DNA of 64,000 bases, taken from NCBI GenBank assembly GCA_951406725.2, contig OX597834.1:39122001-39186000 (forward strand). Reading direction: 5' to 3'. The notes under the pieces are model-generated. The model made no database searches and had not been told where the DNA came from. It saw only the letters and a list, made by a program, of their open reading frames with translations. The DNA is from Octopus vulgaris (taxonomy: Eukaryota). The translations under genes and the position numbers were made by a program. Shown here in pieces: positions 58,071 to 64,000 of this stretch. Each line of letters starts with the position of its first letter. Positions within the stretch are counted from its first letter, which is position 1.

Positions 58071-61000
58071 TATATATATATATGTACTCACACACACACG
58101 TATGTATGTATATATATATGTGTGTGTATGTATGTATATGTATGCGTGCATGTATGTTTGTAGGTGTGTGTATATCACAGTTGTCCCTAAGCAAAAAAAA
58201 ACAAGAGATTGTTGACTCGAGAGAAAATATGGTTGCACATTGTTCTAAGCCTCAGATATGACATTAACTACGACGACGATGACGACGACGACGACAATGA
58301 TGAAGAAGACGAAGAAGAAGAAGATGAAGAAGAAGAAGAAGATGATGATGATGATGATGATGATGAAGTCGAAGAGGAAGGAGATGAAGAAGGGTATGAT
58401 GAAAATGATGATGATCATGATGATGATCATGATGATAATAATGATGATAATGATGATGATAATGATGATAATGATGATGATAATGTCGACTGCCTAAATA
58501 ATGTTGGCTTTGAAATTTGATTACCAAATTGTAATACGCACACATTTACACAAAACATATGTATATATATTTGTATATACACATATAAATACATAAACAT
58601 ATATATGTATATATATGATTATGTATGTGTGGATATATATATATATATATATATATTAAATGTACACATTCATATGCGCTCACAGATATGTATATATATG
58701 TGTATATGTGTATGTATATATGTATATGCATATGTGTGCCTGTATATACCATAAAAAGCGTTATACTGCTAAACAATAAAGAATATAAATAAATAAATAA
58801 CAAAATAAAATGAACAAAATCATTTCTGTTGCAATGTGAACACAGATAAAACGGAACAAGAACAACAGATTAACAGAATTACAGAATTAATTAATTAAAA
58901 ATAAAAAAAAATCTTTAAAAAAATAACATAAAATCAAACTATATTTAAAACAAAAAATTATATAATTAATGATGAAGGATTGTTTTTTTTTTTGTTTTTT
59001 TTTTACCCTCTCAATTCATGTGTCTTAATGACTGCATATATGGACCCACTCCCTCGTTTAGTGATGTATTTACTGCTCAAAATATATGATATATTTTAAA
59101 GTTATTTTTCTTTGGTTGCAAAATTATGTGGAAAAAATTGATATAATATGAATAAATGGCTTTCGTGCATCTTTTACGCCGTCTATGTGTTGAATTTATT
59201 AATTATTGTTGTTATTGATGTTGAAGTGGGGGTGTAATGGCCCAGTGGTTAGGGCAGCGGACTCGCGGTCGCAGGATCGCGGTTTCGATCCCCAGACCGT
59301 TGTGAGTGTTTATTGAGCTAAAACACCTAAAGTTCAACACAGAGAGGACAAACAAGGACAGACACACGGATTAAGTCGATTATATCGACCCCAGTGCGTA
59401 AGTGGTACTTAATTTATCGACCCCGAAGGGATGAAAGGCAAAATCGACCTCGGCGGAATTTGAACACAGAACGTAAAGACGGACGAAATGCCACTAAGCG
59501 TTTTGTCCGGCATGCTAACGTTTCTGCCAGTTAGCCGACTTGACTGAGACAGAAATATTTGAAAGGAGAATTTTGTCAACTGTAGACGTACGAAAGGTAA
59601 ATTGATAATTAAGGTGGATACATGTTTTGTTTCTTTTTTCTACTATACATCATCCTATGATATACCAGAACACACCATCGGGTGATGTTTTCGGGTGTCA
59701 CTGAGTATTTCAACGTCAAAAGCCCTTAATTGGGTGATCGAACGGGGGTTGATTAAACCCCAGCATGTGTCTACCCTTTGAAGCATTGCCCCTTCCAAGG
59801 CTTGCACCACTAGATACACAGCCAATTTGTGGCACTCCGTCGTCTCCACAACCAACCCGATAGCATTCCATCTACTCGCCTCTGTGATGTCCATGTATTT
59901 TATAAGCTCTGCAAAGGGTCTGTCCTGCACCCCACCCCCCGCATCCCACCTCGGTAGCATCATATCTCGCTCATTACCCATTATTTTGGCATAGTTCCAC
60001 CAGCTTAACATATTTCTTTCTCCTACTCTTATCTTGGCTCAGTGGTTAGAGCGCCGAGCTTACGATCGTGAGGTTGTGAGCTCGAATCCCGGACCGGGCT
60101 GTGTGTTGTGTTCTTCAGCAAGACACTTTATTTCACGTTGCTCCAGTTCACTCAGCTGTAGAAATGAGTTGCGACGTCACAGGTGCCAAGCTGTATCGGC
60201 CCCTTTGCCTTTCCCTTGGATAACACTGGTGGCGTGGAGAGGTGAGGCCAGTATGCTTGGGTGATTACTGGTCTTCCATAAACAACCTTGCCCGGACTTG
60301 TGCCTCGGAGGGTAACTTTCTAGGTGCAATACCATGGTCATTCGTGACTGAAGGGAGTCTCCGCACTCTCATCTACCTCTTTGATGCAGTTCGCCTGGGA
60401 AATTGACACAGAACCGCCTCCATGGATGCTTCTGGTATCAAGGTATGTGTGTTATTGGGGTTAGTAGCCCGCGCTCTTAACCACTACGCCATATATCCGT
60501 CGAATGTAAATATTGTAAATAGTGTACATAATTCCTCATCTCTTAAATATAGAACTGCATTAATGGCACTTTAAAATAAACAAGACCTGGGAGAGGAAGG
60601 CTTCCACTTCATTAAAACATATGAACCCATAATAGAAGCAGAAGAGAAGATACTCTAAAAATGGTTAGAGGTAGGATACTGAGATAGAGCTGAAAAAGCA
60701 GGGATCCAACTGAAGAGAAGCAAAAAAGATGGAAGAGCCCCGACTAATAGGGACTACCTCTTACCAGAAGTAAAATGGGTTCTCGCAGGGCCAAGTACTC
60801 TGTTTAGAAAAGAAACAAAGTTGCAAAAGTATCGATGACAATTCAAAACCAGTAAAACCTAAGAGAAAATGGCCTTCTCTCGATGAAGTTTCGGCAGAGC
60901 TAAAACGAATCAGGGATCTAAGTGGAAAGAAACAGAAAAAGCTGCCCAGAACTGAGGACAGTGCAGAAAGGTCGTTGATGTCTTATATTCCATAGGGAGC

Positions 61001-61581
61001 GAAGGGTTCAAACAAAACTGAAAAGACAGGCGAATTGTAGATGTAGATTGTTGGATTTCATTGCAGATTGAGGCCATGTGAGGGAGGAAAGCGTATACTG
61101 CGAGAATATTACATAATAAAGCAGTGGGGGTGGAAGAAAGATGAGGCTATTTACTGCATTACATTGGTTAGGACGGAATATGCGGAGATCACATTCAAGC
61201 AGGGTCGACACTCCGGTTGCACACAGGTTAACAAAAGCTATGGCTTCGTGCCCACGCGAGAAAAGAGTTATAATCATAATTGCTTTCATGAAAGCAATCA
61301 AAAGTTAATCAATGCTGCAAATCACCAGAGTAAGACAGAGTAATAGCATATGAATGTGTGTGTGTGTTTATGTATGTATGTATGTATGTATGTATGTATG
61401 TATGTAGGTATGTAGGTATCGATTCGACTGTCGGGGGTTGGTACAAAGCGTTAGTCGCATTGCGCTTCCTCATATTGTTTCAGCTTTCGAATAATACCAA
61501 CCCACTGCCTCAGCGGAGAGGCCACTAATATATATATATATATGAATGTATGTGTGTGTGTGTATGTGTATATGTATGTAT

Positions 61582-61641
<60 letters not shown>

Positions 61642-61642
61642 G

Positions 61643-61697
<55 letters not shown>

Positions 61698-61886
61698 GTA
61701 TATATACATAGATATATATACATATATAGCTATATATGTATATATATACATATGTATATATGTATATATACGTACATATGTATACATATACATATGAATA
61801 TACATAGGTATATATGTATGTGTATATATGTATGTATATGTGTATATGCATATATATATACATATCCATACTTATATACTCATGTA

Positions 61887-61928
<42 letters not shown>

Positions 61929-63215
61929 CACTATACATAAATATACACACTATATTCATATATACATACATATATAATTTATGTTACACACACACACACA
62001 CACACACGCACACACACACAGGCACACACACGCACACACACACAGGCACACACATGCGTCGGAGTTGCTTTTGGTTGGCAAGAGTTTGCCTGTGAGACCG
62101 TCTATTGAAACTGCCTGCAACTATTACATCGTAGAGAAACATGTTTATCATATAAAAAAAAAATACAGCGAAGAAACCCGAACCAACGTATAAAAGAAAA
62201 GAATATGCATTAAATTGACAAATCAAAAGTCGAGGATAAGTGAAAGAAAAAGAAGAAAAAACCCCGAAAAAGTGAGAATGAAATAAGAGGAGAGAAAGGA
62301 TTGAACCGTCACCGCAGGGCTTTCTTAATGTCTCTTTCAACATTGGACATCACAATTGAGTGGCAAAAAGAAACAAAATGAAATCCAGAGGTTCATTTTT
62401 TTTTTACCCCAGCTTTTTGCTCCCTATTTGTAACCCTTTCAACACTCGACCCTGTAATCTTAGAATTAATACTACATCCTTACTTCAACAAAGAAAAAAC
62501 ATGGACACAAACCCTCTTTCCGATCCCATCCCTTTATACCCGGTTCTTAAATCAACTCTCAGACGTATTTGAACCGGTCTTAACTTCAAACACACACACA
62601 CACAAGCACACAGAAGCACACACAAGCAAACACAAGCACACAGACATATGCACACACACACGTACACAAACACACAGACATATGCACACACATGTACAGA
62701 CCACATACACACACTTATACATATACACATATACACACATACGCGTAAGCACACACACACACGTACACAGACACACAGATGCACACATACACACACATGT
62801 ACGCACACACAGACACACACACACGTACGCATACACATATACGTACGCACACGCACACACACACAAACACATACACACATGTATACACACACATGCGTAC
62901 ACGCGCGTGTGCTTGTGTGTGTGTAAACGTGAGTGTGTGCGTGTGTGTGAAAATGTGTTTGTGCGATCGTGTGTGTACGCGCGTGTTTGTGCGCGCACGC
63001 GCAGGCACATATTTGTGCATCCCGCTTCAGATGTAAGTATGGAGATTAAAATGAAGTGATACTCAGATAATTGCGAGGTCCCGCATCGTTAGCGACGATG
63101 ATCAAGGACATCACTTAGGAGATGTTAAAAGCCACATCAGATACCATGATGGTTCCAAGGTGTAGGTACAGCAGGTGATCAAACTCTGCATAAGGAGTAG
63201 GCAACCACCATATAT

Positions 63216-63550
63216 ATACTCTTTTACTCTTTTACTTGATTCAGTCATTTGACTGCGGCCATGCTGGAGCACCGCCTTTAATCGAGCAACTCGACCCCTG
63301 GACTTATTCTTTTGTAAGCCCAGTACTTATTCTATCGGTCTCTTTTGCCGAACCGCTAAGTAATGGGGACATAAACACACCAGCATCGGTTGTCAAGCAA
63401 TGCTAGGGGGAACAAACACAGACACACAAACACACACACGCATATATTTATATATGCATATATACGACGGGCTTCTTTCAGTTTCCGTCTACCAAATCAA
63501 CTCACAAGGCTTTGGTCGGCCCGAGGCTATAGTAGAAGACACTTGCCCAA
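63216..63550 (-). mobile_element. Young-looking SINE family B copy (5'-truncated head, short internal microsatellite, full tail)
   Basis: The minus strand reads ttgggcaagtgtcttctactatagcctcgggccgacc...gaagcccgtcgtata...gtgtctgtgtttgtt...cttagcggttcggcaaaagagaccgatagaataagtac...ccagcatggccgcagtcaaatgactgaatcaagtaaaagagtaaaagag. Confidence 0.85.
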
Positions 63551-64000
63551 TTAAATGATCCTCCTGTGTTTTTCTTTTACCCATAGCCAGGAACTTTTCA
63601 CCAACCCCTCGTAATAGTCTTCCACTAAGTTTAGCAAAAAGAAAACTGACAGAATAAATATCGTATCAGACTTTCAATAAATATGTACTGGCGTCGATGT
63701 GTTTTGACTAAAAATCTCATCAAGGCAGTGCCCCAGCATGGCCACAATCTAATGACATAAAAGGTATAGGTTACAATTATTGACTTCTTAATTGAAGCTA
63801 ATTATCAGAAACGACTGGGATTTGAACCAACGACCTTGTAATATATCGGTTTGTCTCAAACATCCTGGAAAAGCAGCCAATTCTGCAGTTTGTGCTTCAA
63901 ATTCTCCAATAACCCCCAATAAAAGATATTTCTGTTGGATTTACACCTGAAACCTTTACAGGTATTCCAGGCATAGACATGGCTGTATGGTAAGAAGCTT

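Overview
Animal genomic DNA, most likely an octopod cephalopod. This is inferred from the extreme (TA)n/(CA)n/(GA)n/(TAGA)n density and the recurring tRNA-derived SINE families. The window holds one convincing protein-coding gene: the main coding exon of an Sp5/buttonhead-class zinc-finger transcription factor (44180-45751, +). It has an Sp box, a PWWSI motif, a btd box, three C2H2 fingers and an unusual long acidic (DV/DG)n tail. Its first exon cannot be placed with confidence. About 9 kb (45132-54076) is repeated at 54177-63133 across a 100-N gap, most likely an uncollapsed haplotype or contig overlap rather than a second gene. The remainder is microsatellite, SINEs, RTE-type LINE ends, hAT-like MITEs, a Helentron/HINE-like element and several unique islands with enhancer-like motifs, including TCF/LEF clusters. 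The most interesting non-gene signal is a family of ~200 bp elements inserted in (TA)n tracts. Each carries a minimal type I hammerhead-ribozyme fold, and the two copies differ by a compensatory stem change. Almost all ORFs in the supplied track are translated microsatellites.
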